Assembly (NCBI GenBank): GCA_964016885.1
Contig: OZ024742.1
Span: 351,106,001 to 351,170,000 of the forward strand
Source: Eledone cirrhosa
Taxonomy: Eukaryota
DNA length: 64,000 nt
Reading direction: 5' to 3'
The position numbers and the translations under genes were made by a program. Positions 25,427 to 39,220 of this stretch are shown in pieces. How positions within the stretch are numbered: the stretch's first letter is position 1; the number at the start of each line of letters is the position of its first letter. The notes below the pieces were generated by a model, which saw nothing but the letters and a program-made list of their open reading frames with translations, ran no database searches and was not told the DNA's origin.

Positions 25427-25497
<71 letters not shown>

Positions 25498-25566
25498 ATG
25501 TGTATGTGTATGTATATGTATATTTGTGTGTGTATATGTATGTATATGTGGATAAACCAGGTTTTT

Positions 25567-25624
25567 TTCATTCTGAAGATTGAAGGAATTTTTTTTTGCT
25601 TTTAAGAAACCACTGGTGAATGGA
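25567..25624 (+). ncRNA. Type I hammerhead, paralog of 2683, probably inactive (GTG triplet)
   Basis: TTCATT-CTGAAGA-TTGAAGGAA…TTGCTTTTAA-GAAA-CCACTGG-TG-AATGGA. Confidence 0.62.
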
Positions 25625-25815
25625 ATAATTGCCTTATGTTGCTTTATTGCTTTACTACTATATATACGTTTATGTAAGGTTCATTTGAATTATCTAAGAC
25701 ATGTATATGTGTGTGTGTATGTGTATGCGTATGTGTATGTGTACGTATATGTGTATATATATATGTATGTATATATATGCGTGTATGTATGTGCGTATAA
25801 ATATATATGTGTGTG

Positions 25816-25888
<73 letters not shown>

Positions 25889-26030
25889 TGTGTGTGTGTG
25901 TTTGTATTTGGTTGTGCGTGTTTATGATATATACGTATTTGCATGTGTATAATTGTTTAGCTATGTATGTATATGGTGTGTATGTATACGTATATGTGTG
26001 TGTGTGTGTGTGTGTGCGCGTTTATATTTT

Positions 26031-26069
<39 letters not shown>

Positions 26070-26491
26070 ATACAATTACATATACATGTGTGTGTGTGTA
26101 TATATTGTATACGTGTGTGTGTGTGTGCTTGTGTATGTATGTGTATGTATGTGTTTATGTATTTGTATATGTATATTTATGTGTGAGAGTGTGTGTATGT
26201 GTTTACTATTTCGTACGTATGTATACGTGCATTTGTGTGTATTAGTTACCACGCGTGCCTGTCCGGTCAGCTGCCTCATGTAACGGTGTCAAACATTTTT
26301 TAATATATATATATATTTTCTTCTCATATTTATTTGCGTGTGTGAATATGTAGAGGAGTACATTTATGTATGTGTATGTATGTACGTTATGTATGTTTGT
26401 GTGAATGTATGTATGTATATGTGTGTGTGTATGGCTATGTTTGTGTATGCGTATGCTTGTACACACACATATGTATGTGAATGTGTGTGTA

Positions 26492-26548
<57 letters not shown>

Positions 26549-26809
26549 ATGGGTGTGCGTGTGTGTGTGTGTATGTGTGTGTGTATGTATGAATGTATGT
26601 ATGTGTATATGTGTATATATGTGTATGTGTATGTAAGTGTACGTTTTATATATATGTGTATATGTATATATGTGTGCGTACATATATATATGTATATATG
26701 TATGTGTGTGTAAGTATGCTTTTGTGTTTTTGTGTGTGTGTTTGCATGTGTAGTTTTATTTTATTTTCCTTTCCTTCTCCCTGCTCCAGCCTCACTTTCA
26801 TATATATAT

Positions 26810-26967
26810 ATAACGAAGGAAATGTGGTAAGGAACCAGGTGGACCATAACGCACCAAAGTACTCCATACTTGAGGTAGTAGAGTGGGTAATAGGAACCAG
26901 TAAGACCCCGACAGCTGAGCTCAGCCGTCGAAACGGCTTGAGCTCAGCTGTCGGGGTCTTACTGGTT

Positions 26968-26972
<5 letters not shown>
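26810..26972 (-). mobile_element. GACGGCT fold-back family, copy 3
   Basis: Same tail and palindrome as copies 1 and 2. Copy-specific variants are mirrored in both arms. Confidence 0.9.
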
Positions 26973-27025
<53 letters not shown>

Positions 27026-27035
27026 TACACCTCTT

Positions 27036-27092
<57 letters not shown>

Positions 27093-27505
27093 TTATTTTC
27101 ATAATTCCGAACGTGGTGTACTAACCTGCTTTTAAATTCCCTTTTTGCCATATTAAGGCAGTGGTTTTGGTTATCGTGTAGAGCTCTACTGAGGAACTAT
27201 TCCTACAGTGACTAATACCACTGAAAAGTTTCGTGAAGTAGTCTTTTTAAGACTATATAGAGCATTTGTAGTTTTTCGAAATTGAAGGATGAATAGTTAA
27301 ACTTTATTTTATTCTGAATTAAGACTCTATTGGTTTTTTCCCTGGATTTCACAAAATCTGTGGATAAAATCTGTCTTCATATTTGGAATTGAGTTTGAAT
27401 TATTTTCACATATCTTTCGTCAATTATTTTCCATTTTGACGTTATAGTCACTTATATATTATGAAATACTGTTGGCTTCTTGCTCACATTAATTTCTATA
27501 TTTTC

Positions 27506-27589
<84 letters not shown>

Positions 27590-28194
27590 TGGAAATCAGT
27601 AAAATGGAATCTCTGGCGGTTTTGAAGTAAATGAGGCCTACTTATATAAAATGAGGAGTTAGCAAACACTCGATAATATAGGATCTTAGAGTAATAACAT
27701 ACGTTTAAATAGCTTGACAAATCGAACATTGTGGTAGGCGACAATATATACCAAAGCAACGATAGAACTAATCAGGTTGAGAAAAGTACACCTGGACAAA
27801 TCAAACGAACAATTGATTAAAGTGTTTCTTTGAATCCGATATCAAATATCAGACTTACGTGAATGGCAAGCTCATGGTATTGGTGATCGAACGGAGGATT
27901 CAGTTTATCAACAGGTCTTTACTTCTGCCTAGGACCGGAGTGATAATTTATATGTTGCTGCTCCATGCGGCTAATCGTATCTATAGCTACTACGTGTTAA
28001 TTCGGGCAAGGGAAATAACCCCCGGTTTTAGGCGGGTCATTCAAAATGCTAGCGAAAGGAAATATTTTAATTTCCGCTAATCATCATGATAAGCTCTCAA
28101 ATAGATGTTATTAAACAAACACAAATAATTAACCAATCAACAGAATTGTCTAATTAAATTAATTAGTTAATTATTAAATCTAGGAGAATAATAT

Positions 28195-28345
28195 AATTGG
28201 AAATCAGTAAAATCGAATCTCTGGCATTAAAGTTTAAGCAAAGAATCGCTGCTTTCACTCTTAACGGGATCTTCTATATATAAGACGGGGTTCTTAAATA
28301 TTTCATACATATGCCTTATCGTGTCCTCTTCCGATTTTAGTCTTC
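28195..28345. mobile_element. Chimeric pseudo-LTR fragments including the CAGAAGA family
   Basis: AATTGGAAATCAGTAAAAT.GAATCTCTGGC (also at 27587) is fused to AAAGTTTAAGCAAAGAATCGCTGCTTTCAC, followed by an oppositely oriented tail. Confidence 0.6.
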
Positions 28346-28358
28346 ACATTTATTATTT

Positions 28359-28422
<64 letters not shown>

Positions 28423-28449
28423 TTTATGTAAATACACGATTATACAGAG

Positions 28450-28640
28450 TCGGTGTTCGACGGCTGAGCTCTTCACCATTCAACAACTAGTCTCAGACAC
28501 GAACTAGCTGTTGAAACGTTTAAGTTTTTACCTGCAGAGCTCAGACTCCTTATACTATATCCATACTCACTCTACTGTACCAAGTATTGATTACTCTGTT
28601 GAATAGTGATGTAACTAGTTCAAACCTGGTTCTTTCGTAA
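28450..28640 (+). mobile_element. Old, diverged relative of the GACGGCT family
   Basis: CGACGGCTGAGCTC…TTCAACAACTAG…CTAGCTGTTGAAAC…CAAGTATTGA…ACCTGGTTC. Confidence 0.55.
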
Positions 28641-28679
28641 CCTAAAAAGAGTGAGAGAGATTGCGAGAGAGAGTGAGTG

Positions 28680-28746
<67 letters not shown>

Positions 28747-29349
28747 ATTGTGTGTTTAAGAGAGTGGAGACGAAAGGAAAGATGGGAGAATTGTTTGATA
28801 GTTGAACCTGTATAACCTAATGAAATAGCAGACATGCTATTTTATTCTGACAAATATGTCTTTTATTAAATTTCTTCAAACTAGCTCGCTCTTTTCTGAT
28901 AAATATCTCTGGTAATTACTCTTATTGTATTGCAGATATTTATTGATTCTTTACGTATTAATGTCTGATATTATTTCACGATTTCTCGCTAGTATCCTAT
29001 GTAAATTGATAATCTCAGTAGGCAACAATTTGATGATGCGAGAGGATACAAAGAAAATATATTTCTTATATTAATCATTCTGAACATGTGGAGAAATGAC
29101 CATAACATATTTAGGAGCTTATGAATAGAAAAATTGCTACCCGTAGTCAAAGTTGGGCAGATTTTGGTTTATTGAAATTTCGTATCTGGAGAAAAAGTGC
29201 TGAAATGTATTATTGGTTGTTATTCAGAAGAAAATGTTTTCTGAATAAAAATGAGTACATCATATAAGAAGGCTAGTATAGTAGAAGATATCAATTATCT
29301 TTGTATAACTGAGATAATATTCTAGGGGAAGATGAAATAAAGGGGCTAT

Positions 29350-29500
29350 ATGAATCGCCCCACGGGCAAAAAGGTCATAAGCATTTCCACGGACAAAGGC
29401 AAGCAACACATACTTTAACAGAGGCCACACCTAGCATAGCTCATTCGTCAGGCGAGAGGCTTGTACGGTGATTGGTGCCAAGAGGAAACGTCTGAACATT
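29350..29500. repeat. Dispersed repeat with a second copy at about 30970-31117
   Basis: Both copies share CGCCCCACGG.CAAAA.GGTCA…GCATTTCC…GACAAAGG…CATAGCTC.TTCGTC…AAGAGGAA.CGTCTG. Confidence 0.75.
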
Positions 29501-29569
29501 ATTCGTCAAATCGGACCGAGGAAACAATGTTTCCATTGGTCATTCTAATTGCTAATACTCTCTATCGGC

Positions 29570-29705
29570 CGCAACTCTAGGTAGAAGGAGCAACGTGAAA
29601 TAAAATGTCTTGCTCAAGGATATAACACATCGCCCGGCCCGGGAATCGAATTCTCAAACTCACGATTACGAATCCAATTCTCTAACCGCTCAACCACACG
29701 CCTTC
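29570..29705 (-). mobile_element. Second tRNA-derived SINE family, 5' part
   Basis: The reverse strand reads GAAGGCGTGTGGTTGAGCGGTTAG…AATTCGATTCCCGGG…TCCTTGAGCAAGACATTTTATTTCACGTTGCTCC and matches 62560-62680. Confidence 0.72.
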
Positions 29706-29928
29706 GTTTATTGTATGACGAAAAGATAACACCGAATTCATGAGACATCTCCGGATCAAATATATTCTCTATTCAACTTGTGTTTGTTGTACTTTCTTTT
29801 ATTGATTAACTAATTATGCAATCTACACATGAGGACGTAACCAGTCCATATCGGCTTTTTGTAACAATAACATTCTAAATGAATATTTCCAGTGTGGCCT
29901 TTTTTGTGATAAATATATATATATATAT

Positions 29929-30172
29929 AGGATTCAGGATCCCAACGGCTTAGTTGCGGCCATTTCGACAACTAGATACGGACTAAAGCGCCAGTGTACG
30001 AGCTAGATTCCCGTCGCTCGTATACTGGTGCTTTAGATCGGATCTAGATGTCGAAACAGACGGAAGTCAGCCGTCGGATTCCTGAATCTGCTCATATTAC
30101 CCACACAACCACCCCAAGTATCGAGTTCTCTGGTGGGTTATGTTCTACCTGGTTCTTACCACAGCCTATCTG
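29929..30172 (+). mobile_element. Diverged GACGGCT-type fold-back with a longer central hairpin
   Basis: GATTCAGGA…TTTCGACAACTAGAT…GTACGAGC / GCTCGTATAC…ATCTAGATGTCGAAAC…CAGCCGTC…TCCTGAATC, followed by a related tail; (TA)n flanks. Confidence 0.75.
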
Positions 30173-30417
30173 ATATATATATATATAATTATAATATTTC
30201 GGTATCGATATACGAGGTGTAGAACACCCCGTACATAAGCCGTGGTTTATATACAATTAAATTTGATGCTAAATGGAGATATGACTCGGGGGAAGGCAGC
30301 TACACGTATATCGTTCAGCTCACCTTAATTGACTGCATGCTTTGGAGTCGTCCAATGGAAGGTTCGTTCCTGTGTTTCCCCGTCGTATATCTTTATTGTA
30401 GTATACACACTTACACA

Positions 30418-30492
<75 letters not shown>

Positions 30493-30570
30493 ACACACAC
30501 GCACACACACACACATGTATATGTATATATAAATGTATCTATAAATACCAATGCCATGTGTTACATCCTC

Positions 30571-30685
30571 CAGTATTCCGATGATTTGATCAGAGACACA
30601 CACTGTATTTAGGGTCGAGTGACGCAACTTCGAGTGATTACCGGCCTTTACACTCACCTGATCAATGAAACATTTGTTAATACTG
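30571..30685 (+). ncRNA. Type I hammerhead-like motif with a CCGATGA core
   Basis: 7-bp stem I CAGTATT/AATACTG; CCGATGA; stem II T-TTGATCAG…CTGATCAA-T; GAAA-CATTTG-TT; AATAAA at 30688. Confidence 0.7.
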
Positions 30686-30736
30686 TAAATAAAACCCCTT
30701 TTTGTACAGCCGACCATGTTATCCTTCACTCTTTCG

Positions 30737-30824
<88 letters not shown>

Positions 30825-30825
30825 G

Positions 30826-30870
<45 letters not shown>

Positions 30871-31154
30871 AGGAAAGTACTATACATGCCATAAATGAGA
30901 GGAAAAGGAGGGTAAGAGCATTAATACTAGACAGATGAAGAAACAGAGCGGGAAGGAGAATGGCTGTTTCAGCTGCGCCCCACGGACAAAAGGTCAAATG
31001 CATTTCCGCTGACAAAGGTAAGCGACAGACGCTGCAACGGAGACCACACATCTCATAGCTCCTTCGTCTGACGGGATGTTTGTAAGGTGAACGGTGCAAA
31101 GAGGAAGCGTCTGGACCAGCGCCGTTATTTACTTGGCTTCCTGTCCTCCGCATT

Positions 31155-31371
31155 GAGAGCCACGGTATCGGGGTTTGTGGCTCAAACGATTAATTTGGAG
31201 ACGGAGAACTTGTCACAGAATGTCGCGCCCAAGATGAGGGGACTTACCCAATTCGAACGGTAATTCGTCGGGGTCCTCAACATCACCACGATAGAGACAT
31301 ACTGGGTCCAGTTGTGAAGAGAAGCCTGTTGCGTTGAGGCTCATTCTCATTATGTAGTTGAGAGTGTCATG
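31155..31371 (-). mobile_element. CRE-like RLE-domain fragment
   Basis: The reverse translation HDTLNYIMRMSLNATGFSSQLDPVCLYRGD..PD..PFELGK…ATFCDKF…ATNP matches the sequence expected upstream of the 38470 fragment (ATNPGSAA). Confidence 0.65.
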
Positions 31372-31654
31372 TTCGGAGACCCCGACAGCTGAGCTCCGGC
31401 CGTTTTGACAACTAGATATATATGATTCCCAGAGACTATGAAGCGAAAATGTTTATATGAAAGATTAAATTGTAATTTAAAATACTTATTTTAAGAATTA
31501 GTGTGTACACTTGGGAAATACATTCATATATTTCATAGTTCTAAAGCACATTAAATGTAGACTTTAGCTTCAAATAAAATGAGAATTAAGAAACTATGTG
31601 ATACAAAGGCAAAAGGGTTTAAAAACCTCTGAATTGTAAAATGTTGTGTCTGTC

Positions 31655-31795
31655 TTTGGCGACATTCCCTTTATGATCTGAGTTCAAATCCCGCCGATGT
31701 CAACTTTGCCTTTCATCATTAAGGGGTCGATAAAATAAAGTACCAGTAATGCACTGGAATAATTGCTCGCCTTGTGCCAAAAGTAGAAACAATTA
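31655..31795 (+). mobile_element. tRNA-derived SINE, 5'-truncated
   Basis: CTGAGTTCAAATCCCGCCGA…GGGGTCGATAAAATAAAGTACCAGT…GTAGAAACAATT. Confidence 0.85.
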
Positions 31796-32386
31796 TTTAT
31801 CATTGCCATATGTGGAAATGTTTTTCGTTTCTTATATAAAAAAATGTATAGAGAAGAACTTCTCCATTAATAGAATTACAATATTTTCACTTAAAATTAA
31901 ATGTATTGCATAGGAAATATATGGAAGTATTTAAAATCGTTTTCCCTCTACTAGAAATGAAAATAATATCGACAAGCCTTCTTCAATATATTCTGACATG
32001 TAAATAATCTGAGACATGTAGAGCTAATTTTCCGAAAAATTAAGGAACCCTTATCATAAAAGAGAATCAACTAGAGAAAATTTACGTTTGAGACTTAGCT
32101 TCATATTTTAGAACTTCAATCTTCGGAGTAAAATAAGTTTCTTCAAAATGTCATGATTGCCACTTTTGCTTAAAAAGAGTCCATTGTAATATAATTGTAT
32201 TGGGTCTACTAATTGGAATAAGGCCAACTATGGTCTAATATTCAATTGGCTCTCGATATTATCATCCCCGTATTGCAATATTTAAGTCTGGAAACTATTT
32301 CTATCGATCACTATCTATAATTGTCAAGCCACGAGGTTGGAGCAAAATAATGAAAATTGCTGCATTGGGCATTGAATTAGAATATT

Positions 32387-32491
<105 letters not shown>

Positions 32492-32608
32492 ACATACACA
32501 CACACATACACACAGACACACACACACATACACACACACAGACACACACACACAGACACACGCACACACACACACACACACACACATACACAGACACACA
32601 CACACACA

Positions 32609-32656
<48 letters not shown>

Positions 32657-32754
32657 GAAACAAACAAAAAGTCAGGCAGATATACACATACAGAGAGAGT
32701 AACAGATAGATACGTATGGACGTACACACACACACACACATTTATATATATATA

Positions 32755-32973
32755 GTAATAATAATAAATGTGAAGACTAAAATCCAAACAGGGCTCGATA
32801 AGGATAAATATATATAAAATATATACGAACCCAAGAGCAAATATTTATTAAATTAACAGATTGAAGTTTAAGCAAACAATCGCTGCTTTCCCCCTTAACG
32901 GGATCTTCTGAAAGAAGGCTTAAGGGGGAAAGCAGCGATTCTTTGCTTAAACTTTATTCTGTTATTTTTATAA

Positions 32974-32975
<2 letters not shown>
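32755..32975. mobile_element. CAGAAGA-family pseudo-LTR fold-back
   Basis: HHR-like motif on the minus strand at 32865-32913, mirrored by a partial arm at 32920-32975. Confidence 0.8.
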
Positions 32976-33033
<58 letters not shown>

Positions 33034-33074
33034 GGAAAGTTATATTTAAATTGTTGGGTTACAACGAGTAAATA

Positions 33075-33518
<444 letters not shown>

Positions 33519-33544
33519 CCGCACGGCCAATAAGTGTATTTGCC

Positions 33545-33790
33545 TTCTCGTAAATATTCGCAAGTTCTTATGTTCAAAATGACTTGATTTACTCATTTTT
33601 TCCTCTCTTTACGTTGCCTCACCATTCGTCTTTGTTTACCTGTTTCTGTTTCTCCATCCAACTCTTTTTATCCCAATAACTTAATTTAGTGATTGTATCG
33701 CCCTAGCTTGAGGTATATGGTCTGTCATGCGAAGAAATACATAGGATGGCTAGTAGACCACTGATGACGGATATTCCTGGCTTCTTTTTC
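33545..33790 (+). repeat. Dispersed repeat, paralog of 51765-51990
   Basis: Both copies share ATATTCGCAAGTTCTTATGTTCAAA…TTTTTATCCCAATAACTTA…GATGGCTA.TAGACCACT. Confidence 0.85.
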
Positions 33791-33874
33791 TAATTCTTTT
33801 ATATATATCATATTTGCAACAACTCAGCTCGCCATTTTTCATTCATATATATATATATACATATACACACACGC

Positions 33875-33913
<39 letters not shown>

Positions 33914-33931
33914 GACACACACCCACCCAAC

Positions 33932-33967
<36 letters not shown>

Positions 33968-35552
33968 CATATACACATACACATATATACACACATATAT
34001 ATATATATGAGTATTATGTGAAGGCATATAAAACATGTTTATATATGATAAATATAAAATATTTGCTACGAGTATTTTCAAGTGTGATCATTTCATAAAT
34101 ATCTCAGTAGCCGTGGGATTATATAAGGGACGTGTTACTGAATTCTAGAAGACTGATAAAATCAAAAACAGGCACATATCTAAGTTAATAAACACACTAA
34201 CACACACACTCACACACATTTGAGAAAATCTTACACACTTGAGAAAAATCACACTTATAAAAACGCACACATATATCTATCAAGTTTGAGTCACAATGCT
34301 TTCGTCATTTATCCCCTGGCCACAGAAAATCACCCTACAGAATATGACATACATAGGTAGAAGACAGCGTTATATATTTGTTTTCTCAAAGCAACTGTTT
34401 TCTAAGAAAGAGGAACTTCCGTCTTTCGAAATTCAAGACCATTTGACACATAGGTGCATTCGATCCCACCCGAGGGAATTATTCTCTGCCTAAATATAGT
34501 TTAATTTAATTTTCCTCTCAATCATATTTTCATGTGAACATTCTAGTTTATTTAACGCTGCAAGATATTATTTTCATAATGACGTCATATTTAAGTCATA
34601 TATTTATACATATTAATATCACCACATCTATAATAAAGATTGAACTGGTGATTCATCAATTGAAATATATACTAGAATTAACCGAAATGTGAGCGAATAA
34701 GCTTGCAGATTTAAGGAAAAGTTGAAAGAAAGAAATTATGTATAACTGGCTTTTAAAGTGTTCTTGTATTCTGGAGCAGATTGAATGTGTCTTTTTATAA
34801 GTAAATGTAGCTCTTTATCCAGCATTTGATTTCACTATATCACGTTAGCTTAATTTAATTTAAGTTTCTCATTCTTGATGTTGATTTATGTACAACAGAA
34901 GGTACGTTGCATCTCAAATTAGAATTTGCGCATTCTAATTAATCTGTTTCCAGCACAAACACGCACACATAAACGAACGTGCACACATATACTCAAACAG
35001 GTCCTGGCTAATATATTACAACGTCAGCACTGAAGGTGAGATGCGCAGGGACACTGTACAGTCCATATAAATCTTACTTATGTATTATTAAAGGAATACG
35101 GTCCATCTAACACAAAGTAATTATTTACAGAGCCAAACGTTAAATACAAAGTAAGAGATATGCCATTATATACGGGTGCAATTCCAATCACAGTCTTTTA
35201 ACAATATCCCAGAGCATATATATAAAGGAATAGATTCTGATGAGATCAATAGAGCAGGAATGCATATTCCCGTTATGTTAATCGAAACGTTCGTCAATCA
35301 AAAGCTTCTATCTAATTTTATTAAATCCTGGTTATCTTTATTCTTATATATATATATATATAGATGTAAGTGGGTGTACGTTGAGATGCGTGGTGTGTAA
35401 AGATGTGTAAACGTGTAGAAGAAAGAAGGGAAGAGTATAAAGGATAAAATAAAAATAACAACACAAGAGAGAGTTACCTTGGGAGAGATTTAATAGTCCC
35501 TATATATTTCGGATTCATATCCATCAACTGGGTTTTTTTTTCCGGGGTAAAG

Positions 35553-37018
35553 GTTGTCTGTCGGACAGGTGCGAATCGCGTCCTCCGCTGTTTGTTGTTT
35601 TGAATATCTCAGATATTTGAATATCTCAGATATTTGAATATCTGAGATATTCAACACAACAAACTGTCCGTGAAAGGTCGGGCGGAGGTGGCGAACACTT
35701 ATATAGCGTCCGTCATCTACTACCGCCTGACTGTTGTGCCTTTCCCAAGGGAAACGCTCGCCAACATTGAGCGCGCATTCTTCCAATTCCTTTGGAAGAA
35801 GCGGGCTCCTATGTTGAGGAGATCCATCTGCTGTCAACACCCTTCGAAAAGAGGGCTGGGGATGCCGTGGATAATGATACGTAAACACGCATTAAGGCTA
35901 CGGCATCTCCAGGTATTCCTCACCGGTCAACCGGTGTGGGCCCCGTTTGTGAGGCGAGCCTTTCCCAGACTCGTCTCACTCACCGAGCTGCAATCCTGGG
36001 TCAAGCAAAGACCGAGAAAACTGGGCGCCTGGCACACCGAGTGTGCCCAGGTGCTCACGGCTCTCTGGCAGGCGGACCCGGCTGTCAGTGGAGAATCCAC
36101 CTCGTCATTCTATAGAGGGCTGGTGGTTAGCAGGTGCGACGACGCCCTCGGAGAAGCCCTAGGCATGGAGGAAGACGAACTGGACAACATGTTCGGTAGG
36201 ACATTCAGCCCGGGACCCATGGATACATTCCAGAGTTCCCAGGCCTGGCAGTGCTACCGAGGGGCTCTGCCCGTTCAAGAAAGGCTCTACAGACACGGGC
36301 GCCCGCGTAGAGACCCCTCGAAAAAGATCTGTCCCAGATGCGTGTGCGACGAGGAAACCGTTGCACACGCTTTGGTACACTGCTCGGGCATTGCCGATCT
36401 GTAGGGCTATGTCGAACAACTGCTGTCAAGGGTGGGTCCGATCCGGTTGACCACCGAGTCCATTGTAACGATCAAGCCGCCTCCCCTCTTCAAAAACGAA
36501 GGAGAGGCGGTGTTTCTGTGCGTAATAGCCATGGCGAAAGAGGTTGCATGGTGGACGCGTCTGAAAGGACTGAGGTCAGACACCTTTCTCTCTGGCCAAC
36601 AACTGGTCCGTTTCTTCCGATATCATTTCGGAAGAAGGATCAGGATAGAGAGAGAGGTGCTGCACTCCAGCCGCTTTTATGAAAGATGGGTGAAAGTGGC
36701 GAGAATGGCCCGTGTGAATGGGCCTTCACTCTACATCAGACTATGGGTGAGGAAGATGAAAGACCAAGGGAGTACCCCGTATCTGTGCTCCTGAGGAGAA
36801 GGGTTGCACACTTTGTTTCGGGGGTGTGTGCAACCCCCAAGGCACCTCCTCCCTATTGAGGATTTTGTTATAAAATTTATTTTGTTATATTTTATTTTAT
36901 TTTTATACTTTTATATCTTGTTATTGCCTCCTCCACATTGAGGACGCCTTTGCATGTAAACTCCCCCCTTTGTACTTGTCCCACTTTTGATGTCCTGGTG
37001 GCAAATATAAAGAAAGTT
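35553..37018 (+). mobile_element. 5'-truncated, 5'-inverted L1/Tx1-clade LINE (ORF2 C-terminus and 3'UTR)
   Basis: LSVKGRAEVANTYIAS…FFQFLW…GLGMP…ALPV…CPRC…ETVAHALVHC (zf-RVT-like). There is one in-frame stop at 36402, the ORF ends at 36794, and (CTAT)n follows. Confidence 0.9.
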
Positions 37019-37054
37019 ATCTATATATCTATCAATCTATCTATCTATCTATCA

Positions 37055-37132
<78 letters not shown>

Positions 37133-37209
37133 ATATCTATCTATCTATCTATCAATCTATCTATCTATATCTACAGAATATTATAATATGTGGAGGAAAG
37201 TAGATAGAG

Positions 37210-37300
37210 ACTTAACGCGTTAGCATACTGGTGTCCTCCCCACAGCCCCGGCGGAGAGAATAAAGAAGGCGTTTCCCCGGAGGGCGGCAAGAGAGAACGA
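37210..37300 (-). mobile_element. CRE-like 3' fragment
   Basis: The reverse complement CGTTCTCTCTTGCCGCCCTCCGGGGAAACGCCTTCT matches 4418 and 38683. Confidence 0.65.
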
Positions 37301-37510
37301 ATTTCTATAGACTTTTGAATGAGGAATGTTCTAACAACTGACCAATGAGAGGAGAAGAGGCCCTTTGACACTGAAATTCGTTTATTTGAATTCATATGAT
37401 TCCAGTTCCTCAGTGAAATAACAACCCAACCAGGAACTGGGCATATCAGAGTATTAACAAAATTATACACCTCAACAACATATGTACTTGTCTATACCAC
37501 ACTAATTCAG

Positions 37511-37565
37511 ACTGCCTGAAGAGGTCACAGCCAAATATGGCTGTCACCGAAATATATATAGCAGT
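37511..37565 (+). ncRNA. Canonical Penelope-type minimal hammerhead
   Basis: ACTGC-CTGAAGA-GGTCACAGCCA-AATA-TGGCTGTCACC-GAAA-TATATA-TA-GCAGT, followed by AATAAA. A pseudo-LTR-like tail runs to about 37715. Confidence 0.85.
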
Positions 37566-37726
37566 AATAAACGAAGCTAAATTTTAAACATTTGACTTAT
37601 TTATTTTACTTTATTTTACATTACTCCGGAGTAACCCAACCAACCTGCGCACTTCATCGACTGCTCCAGCCTGCATACTGAGGTGTTGGTATACAACCAA
37701 CATATACTCAAAACCTATCTATCTAT

Positions 37727-37774
<48 letters not shown>

Positions 37775-38464
37775 ATATATATATTTAAAATCTTTATATT
37801 TATATTCTCTCAGTTCCTTTAAAAAGAGAAGCAGATAACGATTTATTAGATAATGTAGTATAAATTAATCTGTCTGAAAAATATCGCAATATGTGATGAT
37901 CAATAGTTATATATCCTTGAAACACATATCGTCTGGATGAAACACTCTTGGGATTAAACAGGAACAAAAACAACAGCACCGCCATCAACAACAACACTAT
38001 TCTCAAAATATTTTGCAATATTCACAATTTTTTTTACATCTGTCACTGATACCTATAATGATCTACTACTGACTTATATGTGAAAGTCATGGGTGTCCAA
38101 GTTGAAAATATGGATGATATATCGTTTTTCTAATATTTCGTCATTGCCAAAGAATTATCTACATGTGATATAATGGGGAATAGTTTTCTACATGGAAATA
38201 TAAACTTAATGAGAAACAAATTGTTCTACGAAATTTGGACGAGTCACAATCTTCATTGGACCCGTCTGCAGAAATATCAAACCATGCCAAGGTAGGCAAT
38301 TATCACTGGTAGAAGGCATTCCTATCACATTTCTTGCTTCACTATGAGGTTATCAATAATAGTTATCAATATTGCTTTTCTGAATAATCAATCCTTAAAT
38401 CTAATACTATTGCTCATCTTGGGTGACATTTGATAACTAAACTTATTTTGACTCAATAGAATAC

Positions 38465-38790
38465 GTGTAGTCAGCGACTAACCCAGGTTCTGCTGCACGT
38501 CGAGCTGAGGAGGCCAAACTCTCCAAATACCGGTCGCTCTCCGACAGGTTTGCGGTCGTACCTTTAGCAGTGGAGACTTCTTGTGTCCTCGGCCCTAAAG
38601 ATACCTGCCTATTCACCACCATAAGCGCTGAGTTGGCCAACCGTAGGGGTGAGTCAGGCGAGTTGGAATGGCTTTTCCAGGGCGTCTCCCTTGCCGTCCT
38701 CCAGGGAAACGCCTTCTCCATTCTTTCCGACGGGACCGTGGGGTGTTCAGCAATATGATTGACTGACTTGTCATTTCATCAGTCAACTGT
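38465..38790 (+). mobile_element. CRE-like retrotransposon 3' end
   Basis: SATNPGSAARRAEEAKLSKYRSLSDRFAVVPLAVETS…WLFQGVSLAVLQGNAFSIL (RLE C-terminus). Confidence 0.8.
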
Positions 38791-39109
38791 TGCTGTCGTT
38801 AACATGTGATAGTGCTAAGAGTTGGAATCATTGGTTGTCTAGTTTACTGTATTCAACTATTCTCACTGTCAAGAAACCCTGCATATATTGTCCTCAGTAA
38901 CTGTTCTGTCCATATCTCTGCATCCCCCCATTACCACACCTTATTCTCACCATCGCTACACCCACCACACACTTTAAACTCCAGAATACGTGTATGTACC
39001 TCACTAAGCTTATTAGAGTTAAAATGATAGCTTAATAGTGAGCTGAACTCCTAATGGTTGCAACGATTTATTTGGCACTGATAGTACGAGGAATTCGTTT
39101 ACCATTTAT

Positions 39110-39220
39110 ATATAATTGTTTCTACTTTAGGCACAAGGCCAGCAATAAACCCAGTGCATTACAGGTACCTTATTTTATCGACCCCGTAAGGATGAAAGGC
39201 AAAGTCAACCGCGGCGGATT
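39110..39220 (-). mobile_element. tRNA-derived SINE, 3' part
   Basis: TTTATCGACCCCGTAAGGATGAAAGGCAAAGTC, flanked by the direct repeat TTACCATTTATATATAAT (about 39099 and 39219). Confidence 0.82.

Noticed and set aside
29350-31117. HHR in the duplicated 29.4/31.0 kb repeat (CTGACGA/CAGACGA on the minus strand)
   Set aside because: No stem II or GAAA is consistent across both copies.
37800-38018. Signal-peptide-like ORF
   Set aside because: It has a TTG start, the hydrophobic run comes from a (CAA)-rich tract, and no homology was recognised.
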